Shown here piece by piece: positions 8,411-17,380 of a stretch of DNA of 19,196 bases. The DNA is from Octopus sinensis (Eukaryota), in contig NW_021824302.1 of assembly GCF_006345805.1 (NCBI RefSeq), forward strand, positions 1 through 19,196, given 5' to 3'. Below the pieces are notes generated by a model. The model was given only the letters and a program-made list of their open reading frames with translations. It searched no databases and had not been told where the DNA came from. Position numbers and translations under genes: made by a program. Numbering within the stretch: position 1 is the first letter of the stretch; each line of letters begins with the position of its first letter.

Positions 8411-8545
8411 TTGTCGTGGTTGACTTTGCCTTTTATTCTTTCGGGAGCGATAAATTAAGTACGAGTTGTATACTGGGATCGATCTAATCAACTGGCTTGC
8501 CCTCCCCAAAAATTTCGGGCCTTGTGCCTAGAGTAGAAAAGAATA
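8411..8545 (+). mobile_element. SINE family B, 5'-truncated (tail type gamma)
   Basis: GGTTGACTTTGCCTTTTATTCTTTCGGGAGCGATAAATTAAGTAC...CTGGGATCGATCTAATC followed by CCCTCCCCAAAAATTTCGGGCCTTGTGCCTAGAGTAGAAAAG. Confidence 0.82.
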
Positions 8546-8549
8546 TTAT

Positions 8550-9172
8550 TATTACCTCCGCCTCAGCGAAGGCTGAGGTATTGTTTTCAATCATGTTTGT
8601 TTGCTTGTCCGTGGACAAGATATCTCAAGAACCGCTGGATGGATTCGGACGAAACTTTCAGGAATGTTTCGTCTTGTGATTGGCATGAACTGGTTTGATT
8701 TGAGGATCGATCTGTACCGGACAAGGATTTTGGATTATTTGTTATATTTACTTTACTTTACATTATTACGATCTTACGTTTACTTTCAAGTCTTTCACAG
8801 TTATCCCCTTTAGTTTGTAATTGTTTTGAATGATGAATTTATTAACATCGGCTTGTATTAGATAAGGATAAACTATCTATTTATTACTGTTACTAAATTT
8901 TCTAAGCCAGCTTCACATTCCATGACTAGCACTGGGATCGATCAGGTGCCGGACAAGGATTCTGGATTATTTTCCTGTTTTCTTTTTGTTTTTTGTTGTT
9001 GTTTTTTTTAATTAATTTTTGGAAGTGGTCGGGTTCGTTTTTAGCGTTCTCGTTTGTGAGAGAAGTCGAGTTTATTTCAGATATTCTCATTTTCACAATC
9101 ATCTCCGGCTAATCGTTGAGAGGAATTTGGTGTTGCCTTGTCGGGGGTTTGCACTCTCTGAGTGCTCTTGTT
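8550..9172 (+). mobile_element. Non-autonomous Helentron-associated (HINE/DINE-1-like) element
   Basis: 5' TTATT-ACCTCCGCC (8554-8562) with hairpin CCTCAGC-GAAG-GCTGAGG and a GTTTGTTTGCTTGTC microsatellite-like tract. 3' subterminal inverted match GTCGGGGGT (9140-9148, 7 of 9), hairpin GCACTC-TCT-GAGTGC (9151-9165) and TT end. Internal duplication at 8704-8740 and 8935-8972. Confidence 0.75.
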
Positions 9173-9197
9173 ATTATTAAGGTGGCGAAGGCGAGGA

Positions 9198-9395
9198 AGG
9201 CGGGGAGTTGGCAGAATCGTTAGCATGCCGGGAAAAAAATGCTTAGCGACATTTCGTCTGTCTTTACGTTCTGGGTTCAAATTCCGTTGAGGTCGACTTT
9301 GCCTTTCATCCTTTCGGAGTCGATAAATTAAGTATCAGTTGCGTACTGAGGTCGACCTAATCGACTGCACCACTCTTCTCTTAAAATTTCAGAAA
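9198..9395 (+). mobile_element. SINE family B
   Basis: GAGTTGGCAGAATCGTTAGCATGCCGGG...GGGTTCAAATTCC...GAGGTCGACTTTGCCTTTCATCCTTTCGG; tail degenerate. Confidence 0.88.
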
Positions 9396-9410
9396 GGATT
9401 ATTTTAGACC

Positions 9411-9545
9411 GCGAGTTGGCAGAATCGTTAGCATGCCGGGAAAAAAAAATGCTTACCGACATTTCGTCTGTCTTTATATTCTGCGTTCAAATTCTGCTGA
9501 GGTCGACATTGCCTTTTATCCTCGTGAGGTCGATAAAATAAGTAT
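9411..9545 (+). mobile_element. SINE family B, 3'-truncated, in tandem with the previous copy
   Basis: Shares GCATGCCGG-A(n)-TGCTTA.CGACATTTCGTCTGTCTTTA with 9198-9395. Confidence 0.88.
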
Positions 9546-9802
9546 GTGAGTGTGCGTGTGTGTGTGTGAAAGAGAGAGAGTGTGTGTGTTTGTGTGTGTA
9601 TGTGTGTGTGTGTGTGTGTGTTTGTGTGTATGTGTGCGTGTGTGTGTGTGGTCCACGCGCGTGGGTGTATCTGTGTATCTGTGTATATGTAAATACATGA
9701 ATTTGAACGTGTGTGCTAATGTCAGTCAGCAATGGGACAATGTAAAGTATGTGTGTGTATTTGTATTATCACTTTATGAGTAAATGTGTTTCTGTGTGTG
9801 TA

Positions 9803-9837
<35 letters not shown>

Positions 9838-9903
9838 TGTGTGTGTGTCTGTGTGTTTGTGTGTGTGTGTGTGTGTCTGTGTCTGTGTGTGTGTCTGTGT
9901 GTT

Positions 9904-9942
<39 letters not shown>

Positions 9943-10051
9943 CTGTGTGTGTGTCTGTGTGTTTGTGTGTGTGTGTGTGTGTTGTGTTTGTGTGTTTGTG
10001 TGTGTGGTGTTGTGTGTGTGTGTGTGTCTGGTGTGTCTGTGTGTTTGTTTC

Positions 10052-10084
<33 letters not shown>

Positions 10085-10088
10085 GTGT
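9546..10088. repeat. Long interrupted (TG)n tract
   Basis: Seen directly; source of the CV and HT ORFs. Confidence 0.95.
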
Positions 10089-10319
10089 AAAAGGCGAAAG
10101 CGGTTGTGAGAGAAAAGCTCCTGAGAATGGAGAGGAGGTGAAAAAGATGTGTGAAGGGTTAAAGCGTGGTTGATGGTGTAAAGAGAGAGGCGAAGGGGGG
10201 GGGGAGGATATCTGGACTGAGTGAATGTTCATGTTTTGGAAGCATGGAGAGAAAGCAGAGAGGAGTAAAGAGGGGTAGGAAGAGACAGCTGGCAGAGAGA
10301 GGGTTAGGGAGTGACAGAT

Positions 10320-10465
10320 GACAGAGAGAGAGAGAAGAGGGAGATACAGCGAAGAAAGAGAGAGAGAAAGGAGGGGAGATACAGCGAAGAAAGAGAGAGA
10401 GAGAGAGAAAGGAGGGGAGATACAGCGAAGAAAGAGAGAGAGAGAAAGGAGGGGGAGATACAGTC
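10320..10465. repeat. Purine-rich ~35-40-bp minisatellite, 4 copies
   Basis: (GA)n-AAGGAGGGGAGATACAGCGAAGAAA repeated; GAGATACAG occurs four times. Confidence 0.9.
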
Positions 10466-10739
10466 AGCCAAGAGAGGAAAGGGAGAGAATGATGGCATAA
10501 AAGGAGATGGAAAATTTGTAAGGGACAGAACTTAGTAAAAAAAAAAAAAAAAGAAAAAAGGAAAATGTGAAGAATATACTGTTAATAGTGAGTAAGGGGG
10601 AGAGAAAGGAAAAGAGGAGAGAGAGAGAGAGATGGGGAGAAAGAGGACGTGTTTGTGTGTGTGTGTTGTGTGTGTGTGTGTGCGTGTGTGTGTGTGTGTG
10701 CGAGCGTGAAATGAAGGATTTTATGATGCATTAATATGG

Positions 10740-10829
10740 AAAACAACAACAACAAAAACGACAATAATAATAATAATAATAATAATAACAATAATAATAA
10801 TGATGATAATAAAAATGGTAATAATAAAA

Positions 10830-10881
<52 letters not shown>

Positions 10882-10919
10882 TAATAATAATGATGATAAT
10901 AAAAATGGTAATAATAAAA

Positions 10920-10964
<45 letters not shown>

Positions 10965-10985
10965 GTAATAATAATATGAACAACA
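10740..10985. repeat. (AAC)/(AAT)n tract with a 90-bp higher-order duplication
   Basis: TGATGATAATAAAAATGGTAATAATAAAAATGGT at 10801 and 10891; AAC variant at 10787 and 10877. Confidence 0.95.
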
Positions 10986-11371
10986 ACACCACAACAATGG
11001 TAGGAAGAAGCTGGAAGCTATGTCGCTTCCGCTATAACCAAAATGATATATGTGTGTGTGTACGTGTGAGTATGTATGCATGTATGTATGTGTATGTATG
11101 CATTTGTATGTGTAAGTACGCATCTGAGTGCGTGTTAATATTGGAAGAAGGAATGCCATCAGCAGAATTGTAAGCCGTGTAGAGAGAAATGGAACATATT
11201 TCAAAGAATCAGATGACAGCTAAGTATTTATGCTAGTTTCGACAGTGATAGCTACAATAAGTACAACAACAATAAGCAACAACAACAACAACAAAAGCTA
11301 CAAATGGACTGTCACAGAAGGAATGGACCATCTGCGTGGACACTCATCCAGGTAGAAATAACAGACAAATA

Positions 11372-11594
11372 AGGCAGCGAGCTGGCAGAAACGTTAGCGC
11401 ACCGGGCGAAATGCTCAGCGGTATTTCGTCTGTCGATACGTTCTGAGTTCAAATTCCGTCGAGGTCGACATTGCCTTTCATCCTTTCGGGATCGATTAAA
11501 TAAGTACCAGTTACGCACTGGGATCGATTTAATCTGTTTGTCTGTCCTTGTTTGTCCCCTCTGTGTGTAGCCCCTTGTGGGTAGCAAAGAAATA
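11372..11594 (+). mobile_element. SINE family B, full length (tail beta), with an 18-bp target-site duplication
   Basis: AGAAATAACAGACAAATA at 11354-11371 and 11595-11612. Head GAGCTGGCAGAAACG...GAGTTCAAATTCC. Confidence 0.95.
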
Positions 11595-11786
11595 AGAAAT
11601 AACAGACAAATATTACTGAAACTGTAAATTGCCGTGTCGAAAAGAAGGAAGTACGCAGTGGATAATGTAGATGTGAATGAATGCACTAGGTCTGAAGTAA
11701 AGTTGGGACGGGCATAATTGGAAAGTTTTTGATTACAGGTATGATTATGAGAGCTGATCTTGTGTTGTATGACAACAGCAACCACA

Positions 11787-11976
11787 GTGGAGGCGCAATG
11801 GCCCAGTGGTTAGGGCAGCGGACGCGCGGTCGTACGAACGCGGTTTCGATTCCCAGACCAAGCATTGGGAGTGTTTATTGAGCAAAACATCTAAGCACCA
11901 CGCGGCTCCAGCGGCGGGAGGGTGAACCCGCTGTATTTTTTCACAACTTTCTCTCGCTCTTTCTTCCTACTTCTGC
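11787..11976 (+). mobile_element. SINE family C, diverged, 3'-truncated
   Basis: GTGGAGGCGCAATGGCCCAGTGGTTAGGGCAGCGG...GGTTTCGATTCCCAGACC; reverse complement of the head half of 7850-8228. Confidence 0.88.
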
Positions 11977-12260
11977 TACAAAGCAGAGGAACCATGGTGT
12001 AACCCACTATGGTGTGGTAAAACTTTCAGATCCTAGTCTAGATTGCGAATCCTCTGTACCCCAGGATGGTTCAGCTCCTCACCCGTTAAAAGCCACCTGT
12101 TTACGGAATGAGGATAACAATGTAACTTTCGCGCCCGTGCAACTGCCAGTCTATCGCGTGTGGTGGGTGGATCTTCAAGTTGCCACACACATTCTTAGTA
12201 GCTTAGAGTAGGCTCGAATTAGAGATTATTCTTTGTGGCTAATGGCGTGAGTCCTGATTA

Positions 12261-12312
12261 GAAGAAGAAGAAGAAGAAGAAGAAGAAGAAGAAGAGAAGA
12301 AGACTGAAGAAG
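12261..12312. repeat. (GAA)n microsatellite
   Basis: Eleven perfect units, then degenerate. Confidence 0.95.
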
Positions 12313-12454
12313 AAAACAGCAACCACGAAGCTGTTACAAAATAATAACACGAACAAATACTATGAAAGTTACAGCTACAATAACAATAATGATAACAGCA
12401 GCAATAACAAATACAGAGCAACAGTAACAACTGTTACAATACAATAACAATAAT

Positions 12455-12637
12455 ATTGGTTTCAAATTTTGGCAGTTACATCGACCCCAGTGCGTAACTG
12501 GTACTTATTTTATCGATCCCGAAAGGATGAAAGGCAAAGTCCAACTCGGCGGAATTTGAACTCAGAACGTTGCGGCGGACGAAATACCGCTCAGTATTTT
12601 GCCCTGTGGGCTAACGATTCTGCCAGCTTGCTCTCTT
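12455..12637 (-). mobile_element. SINE family B (tail alpha, internally deleted)
   Basis: ATTGGTTTCAAATTTTGGCA joined to TTACATCGACCCCAGTGCGTAACTGGTACTTATTTTATCGA...CTGCCAGCTTGC. Confidence 0.88.
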
Positions 12638-12644
12638 AATAATA

Positions 12645-13207
12645 ATTGCTCTGGAAACCACGGCCTACAGAGAGCAAGGACATGGTATGAGCAAACTCCA
12701 GAGGGAGCCACCGAAAATGAGAATCACAAAATCCTATGAGATGTAATGATCCAGTGAGATGCAATGATCACCCGACCGGACAAAGGAAACTGGACATTGT
12801 TGTGGTGAATAAAAAAGAAAGAACATGTATGGTAAGCGACATGACATGTCCCGGTGACAACAGGATCAATGTGAAAGAAGAGGAAAAAATAAACAGCTAT
12901 GACGATTTAAAGTGGGAAATGCGAAGGTTGTGGTCAATGAAGAGAGTAAACGTGATACCAATAGTTACAGATGCACTTGGAAGTATCAGCACTCAACTAC
13001 CAGCATGGCTGCAAAGATCGGTGCAAGTGTGAAGGTACACCACCTACAAAAATCAGCATTGCATGGAGCTACAAGGTTTCTTGAAACATGACCAGTAAAA
13101 CAGACGTCATCTTAGTCTGCTGGTTGTGGACAGCTGACACTTTCCATCATACCCAGCAAAATAAGCTGTGAGTTTTCATATAACAACAACAACAACAATA
13201 ATAATAA
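12645..13207 (+). mobile_element. R4/Dong-type LINE relic: restriction-like endonuclease (RLE) C-terminus, 3' UTR, (AAC)n(AAT)n tail
   Basis: WYEQTPEGATENENHKIL*DVMIQ*...RKLDIVVVNKKERTCMVSDMTCPGDNRINVKEEEKINSYDDL...VIPIVTDALGSI..., then a frameshift to IGASVKVHHLQKSALHGATR, with stop at 13089-13091. Matches the RLE PD..D/E..K motif layout; inactivated by stops, a short duplication and a frameshift. Confidence 0.85.
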
Positions 13208-13208
13208 G

Positions 13209-13311
13209 GAAGGCAAAGTCGACCTCGGTGGAATTTGAACTCAGAACGTAACAGCAGACGAAATACTGTTCAGCATTTCGCCCGGCGTGCTAACGATTCT
13301 GCCAGCTCGCC
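13209..13311 (-). mobile_element. SINE family B, head half only
   Basis: AAGGCAAAGTCGACCTCGGTGGAATTTGAACTCAGAACG...CTGCCAGCTCGCC. Confidence 0.88.
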
Positions 13312-13374
13312 AACAACCTCATCGTTGCATATAACAAGAGCATAACTGAAACGACGCCACAACATTATATATAA

Positions 13375-13760
13375 CTAGCAGTATCGCCCGGCGTTGCTCG
13401 GGTTTGTAAGGAAAATAACTATATAAGCATTTTAGAAAGTTATAGCCAAAAAATAGCAAAAAAATGGAAAAAAAATGAGGGTAAATTTTTTTTAAATCGT
13501 TGACTCATCGTAGACATTTTTAGAGAGTTACTTCCCTTATATAATAGCGAAAAAAATGCATTAAAATGGAAAAAATTGATGGTAAATTTTTTTTTAAATC
13601 GTAGACTCATCGTAGACGCGCGCTAATACCCAGAAGGGCTCGATATGAATCGCGACTATAAGATACCCGGTTTTGGTTAAACTGCACCGCAAAATGTGGG
13701 AGTAGTTGGGAATCTAAATCGTAGGAGACAGACACACAACCTTACTTTTATATATAAAGA
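13375..13760 (-). mobile_element. Non-autonomous Helitron
   Basis: Minus strand starts TC (13760-13759), ends CCCGAGCAACGCCGGG hairpin ... CTAG (13378-13375), and sits between host A and T. Internal ~100-bp tandem subrepeat. Second copy at 18311-18664. Confidence 0.88.
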
Positions 13761-13761
13761 T

Positions 13762-13992
13762 AGCAACAGCAGCAACAACAGCAACAACAACAACAACAAC
13801 AACAACAACAGCAATAACAACAACAAGTACAATAGCAAAACTAACAACAACAAAAACATCTAAAAATAACTATGCTTCAACAACAAAAACAATAACAACT
13901 GCTGCATTACACATATATATATATATATACAACAACAACAACTACAAAAATATTCTCGACACCACCAACACCACCACCATCAACAACAACAA
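13762..13992. repeat. (AAC)n-rich low-complexity tract
   Basis: Seen directly. Confidence 0.9.
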
Positions 13993-14216
13993 TGATTTCT
14001 CCTCCGCCCCTCTTTTTTTACCGTTGCTTTCCCTTAATTGTTTGTTCACAGACCGTAGCCAGTAGGCATTGCGCATGTCTTCCCATGGTGCAATTCACTG
14101 GAATTACCTCTGGTTACAGAATTTCTTACCAAATAGATTTTGGGTTCGTTAACATACAACAACGATTCTTCATTGATGCAGAAATGGAGGGAAGGGGGGT
14201 AAAAGACGGTGGGGGG

Positions 14217-14507
14217 TCATACATACACACATACATACATAGACACACACACATAGACGCACACACATAGACACACACACATACATACAAACATACAGAC
14301 ATCCACACACACGCATAGACATACATAGACACATACATATACATAGACACACAATCTCCTCCTTCTACACACACACTTCTAATCTCGCGTACTCATTCAG
14401 CTACAAATACACACACACACACACACACAACCACACACACACACACACAACCACACACACATTTCATGCTCACACTCGCTCATGACAAAAGTAACAGCAC
14501 AAGTCAC

Positions 14508-14543
<36 letters not shown>

Positions 14544-15028
14544 ACTCTCTCTCACTCTCACGCTCTCTCATGCGCGAACGCGCTCATTCACACACTCTCT
14601 CTCTCTCTCTTCTACCTCTCCCTCTTCCTCTCTCTCTTCTTCTCTCTCACTCTCTCACTTATACTCTCTTTTTCCTCAAAAGCATACACTCTTGCTCTTA
14701 CAGATATCCACATTCGCCATCCCTTTTTCACGGTTTCCATCTCTGTGTCCCTCTGTCTCTCTCTCTCTTTCTCTCTCTCACCCTCTCTCTTTCACACACA
14801 CATACACACAGGCAAATACGTATACATAGTCCTTCTCACACACAAACACTTTCTCTCGCATACACTCTCACTTAGTCCACTCTCACTCACTCACACACTC
14901 TCTCTCCCTCAAACACGTACACATGCATATATATACACCTCCCCTACACGCACACTCTCTATTTCACTTCCAAATCCCATTACTCCAACACTGCAACCAC
15001 TAGCACCACCACCACCACCACCACCACC
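14217..15028. repeat. (CA)n/(CT)n/(ACC)n low-complexity mosaic
   Basis: Seen directly; explains ORFs 14466-15047 (SLSL/HTHT/PPPP). Confidence 0.9.
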
Positions 15029-15211
15029 ACTTGTTTCAGTCATTTGACTGCGGCCATGCTGGAGCACCGCCTTTAGTCGAACAAATCAACCCCAGCACTT
15101 ACTCTTTTGTAAGCCTAGTACTTATTCTATCGGCCTCTATCGCCGAACCGTTAAGTTACGGTGACGTAAACACGCCAGCATCGGTTGTCAAGTAATGTTA
15201 CGGGGGGACAA

Positions 15212-15276
<65 letters not shown>

Positions 15277-15430
15277 CGACACGCTTCTTTCAGTTTCCGT
15301 CTACCAAATCCACTCACAAGACTTTGGTCGGCCCGAGGCTATAGTAGAAGAGACTTGCCCAAGGTGCCACGCAGTCGGACTGAACCAGGAACCATGTGGC
15401 TGGTAAACAAGCTACCTACCACACGGCCAC
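15029..15430 (-). mobile_element. SINE family A, nearly full length
   Basis: Colinear with 326-731; lacks about 10 nt of head; longer internal (CA)n. Confidence 0.9.
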
Positions 15431-15555
15431 TGAGTTCAAATTCCACCGAGGTCAACTTTGCCTTCGGGGTCGATAAAATAAGTACCAGTTGAGTACTGGG
15501 GTCGATGTAATCGACTGTGCCCTTTCCCAAAATTTCGTGCCTTATGTTAGGAAGG
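15431..15555 (+). mobile_element. SINE family B, 5'-truncated (tail gamma-like)
   Basis: TGAGTTCAAATTCCACCGAGGTCAACTTTGCC...GGGGTCGATAAAATAAGTACCAG...CCCTTTCCCAAAATTTCG. Confidence 0.82.
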
Positions 15556-15767
15556 AATCATTAGTAACTAGAAATCCTAAGAATAAGGCAGTCTTTAATT
15601 CATTAGTAACCCAGAAGTCCTGTGAATAAGGCCGTCTTTATTCATTAGTCACCTGCTGTCCTGTGAATAACACAGTTTTTTAATCATTAGTAACCAGAAG
15701 TCCTGTGAATAAGGCATTCTTTCAATCATTAATAACCTAGAAGTTCTGTGAATAGGTCATTAGCAAC
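15556..15767. repeat. ~42-bp minisatellite, 5 copies
   Basis: Consensus AATCATTAGTAACCAGAAGTCCTGTGAATAAGGCAGTCTTT, starting at about 15556, 15597, 15640, 15683 and 15724. Confidence 0.92.
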
Positions 15768-15786
15768 AAGAAGATAAGAGTAAAAG

Positions 15787-16032
15787 AACACACACACACA
15801 CTCACACATACGTACACCAACACATACGCAATAACACGCATACGCAGAAACACACACATCCATACACACACACACACACACACACATACACACGCACGCA
15901 TACATATTTCTTTTATATCCGTATAAAGTTAAAAATCTCCTGTCCATTTACCACCCATAAAGATATGTATGCATGTCTGCTTGTATGTATGTACGTATGT
16001 ATGTATGTATGTATGTGTGTATGTATGTGTGA

Positions 16033-16063
<31 letters not shown>

Positions 16064-16226
16064 GTGTATGTGTGTATGTATGTATGTATGTATGTATGTG
16101 TGTGTATGTGTGTATATGTGTGTATGTATGTATGTATGTATGCCATCATGTATTCTTGTAGGTACTACGTATGCATGGATGGATCTCTCTGTGCATGTCT
16201 GTATGCCTGTGCTTTTCTATAATTGA

Positions 16227-16260
<34 letters not shown>
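15787..16260. repeat. (CA)n, (TATG)n and (TG)n tracts
   Basis: Seen directly. Confidence 0.9.
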
Positions 16261-16604
16261 ATTCTTTAAAGGAATTCCGTGTTTTGGTAATATGACTAAC
16301 TCAAATCCAGCAGCTTTACCATTCGGCCCTCCGTTTTCTCAACTTACAAATCGTCCAATATAATGTCATAACACTACTAAAACCCCTGCCCACATAATAT
16401 AAACAAGATTTGCCATAAATAAAAGAACAGATTATTTGGTAAAACATCAAATAGTTCTTCGAAAGATAGTCTAAGCTGTTCGAATTCAGACCTACGCGTA
16501 TACATTCTTCTTCAGAAGCTGTCTCCAACTATTCATAACTTATCTCGTCTTTGTCCATATTTGGAATGTTGATTCCCGTTTGTTTTTGAAAGCTTCACGA
16601 AAGT

Positions 16605-16990
16605 TGTGGAAGCACTCCGTCGGTTACGACGACGAGGGTTCCGGTTGATCCGAATCAACGGAACAGCCTGCTCGTGAAATTAACGTGTAAGTGGCTGAGC
16701 ACTCCACAGACACGTGTACCCTTAACGTAGTTCTCGGGGATATTCAGCGTGACACAGAGAGTGACAAGGCCGGCCCTTTGAAATACAGGTACAACAGAAA
16801 CAGGAAGTAAGAGTGAGAGAAAGTTGTGGTGAAAAAGTACAACAGGGATCACCACCACCCCTGCCGGAAGCCTCGTGGAGCTTTAGGGTTTTCGCTCAAT
16901 AAACACTCACAACGCTCGGTCTGGGAATCGAAACCGCGATCCTATGACCGCGAGTCTGCTGCCCTAACCACTGGGCCATTGCGCTTCCAC
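16605..16990 (-). mobile_element. SINE family C, full length, with target-site duplication
   Basis: Near-identical to 7850-8228. CACGAAAGTTGT at 16596-16607 and 16988-16999, partly overlapping the element ends. Confidence 0.93.
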
Positions 16991-17021
16991 GAAAGTTGTA
17001 GAACATGTTTAACAATGGACG

Positions 17022-17172
17022 AAGGCGTTGTTGTGTGATAAGATGTCTACTGCTCAACCAAATGGTTCCGTGTTCAGTCCCACGGCGTGCGTGGAATTTT
17101 AGGCGAGTGCTTTCTACTGTAACCTCGGGCAGACCAAAACACTTGTGTGGGGGTTTAGTAGAGGGAAACTGA
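17022..17172 (+). mobile_element. SINE family A left half, old
   Basis: ...GGTTCCGTGTTCAGTCCCAC...TTCTACTGTAACCTCGGGCAGACCAAA...GGAAACTGAAAG. Confidence 0.78.
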
Positions 17173-17180
17173 AAGCCCGA

Positions 17181-17326
17181 CTGTGTGGTAAGAAGCTTGT
17201 TTCCCCACCATATAGTTTTGGGTTCAGTCCTACTGCGTGATACATTGGGCAAGTGTCTTCTACTTAGCCTCGGGCAACCAAGGCGTTGTGAGTGGATTTG
17301 GTAGACGGAAACAGAAAGAGCTCGTC
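17181..17326 (+). mobile_element. SINE family A left half, followed by (TA)n
   Basis: CTGTGTGGTAAG...GGGTTCAGTCCTACTGCGTG...GGGCAAGTGTCTTCTAC...GGATTTGGTAGACGGAAAC. Confidence 0.85.
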
Positions 17327-17347
17327 TGATATATATATATATATATC

Positions 17348-17380
<33 letters not shown>

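Noticed and set aside
11670-11717. AG|AT-GTG-AAT-GAA-TGC (DVNEC), like the phase-1 start of a calcium-binding EGF exon
   Set aside because: No pyrimidine tract, no further cysteines, and a stop at 11715.
13279-13398. CGCCCGGCGT(T)GCT shared between the SINE B head and the Helitron hairpin
   Set aside because: About 13 GC-rich nt in different structural roles; most likely coincidence.
14466-15047. Longest ORF in the track (193 aa)
   Set aside because: Translation of CT/CA/ACC microsatellites (SLSL, HTHT, PPPP).
15556-15767. CRISPR-like array
   Set aside because: Units are contiguous with no unique spacers, and the context is eukaryotic.
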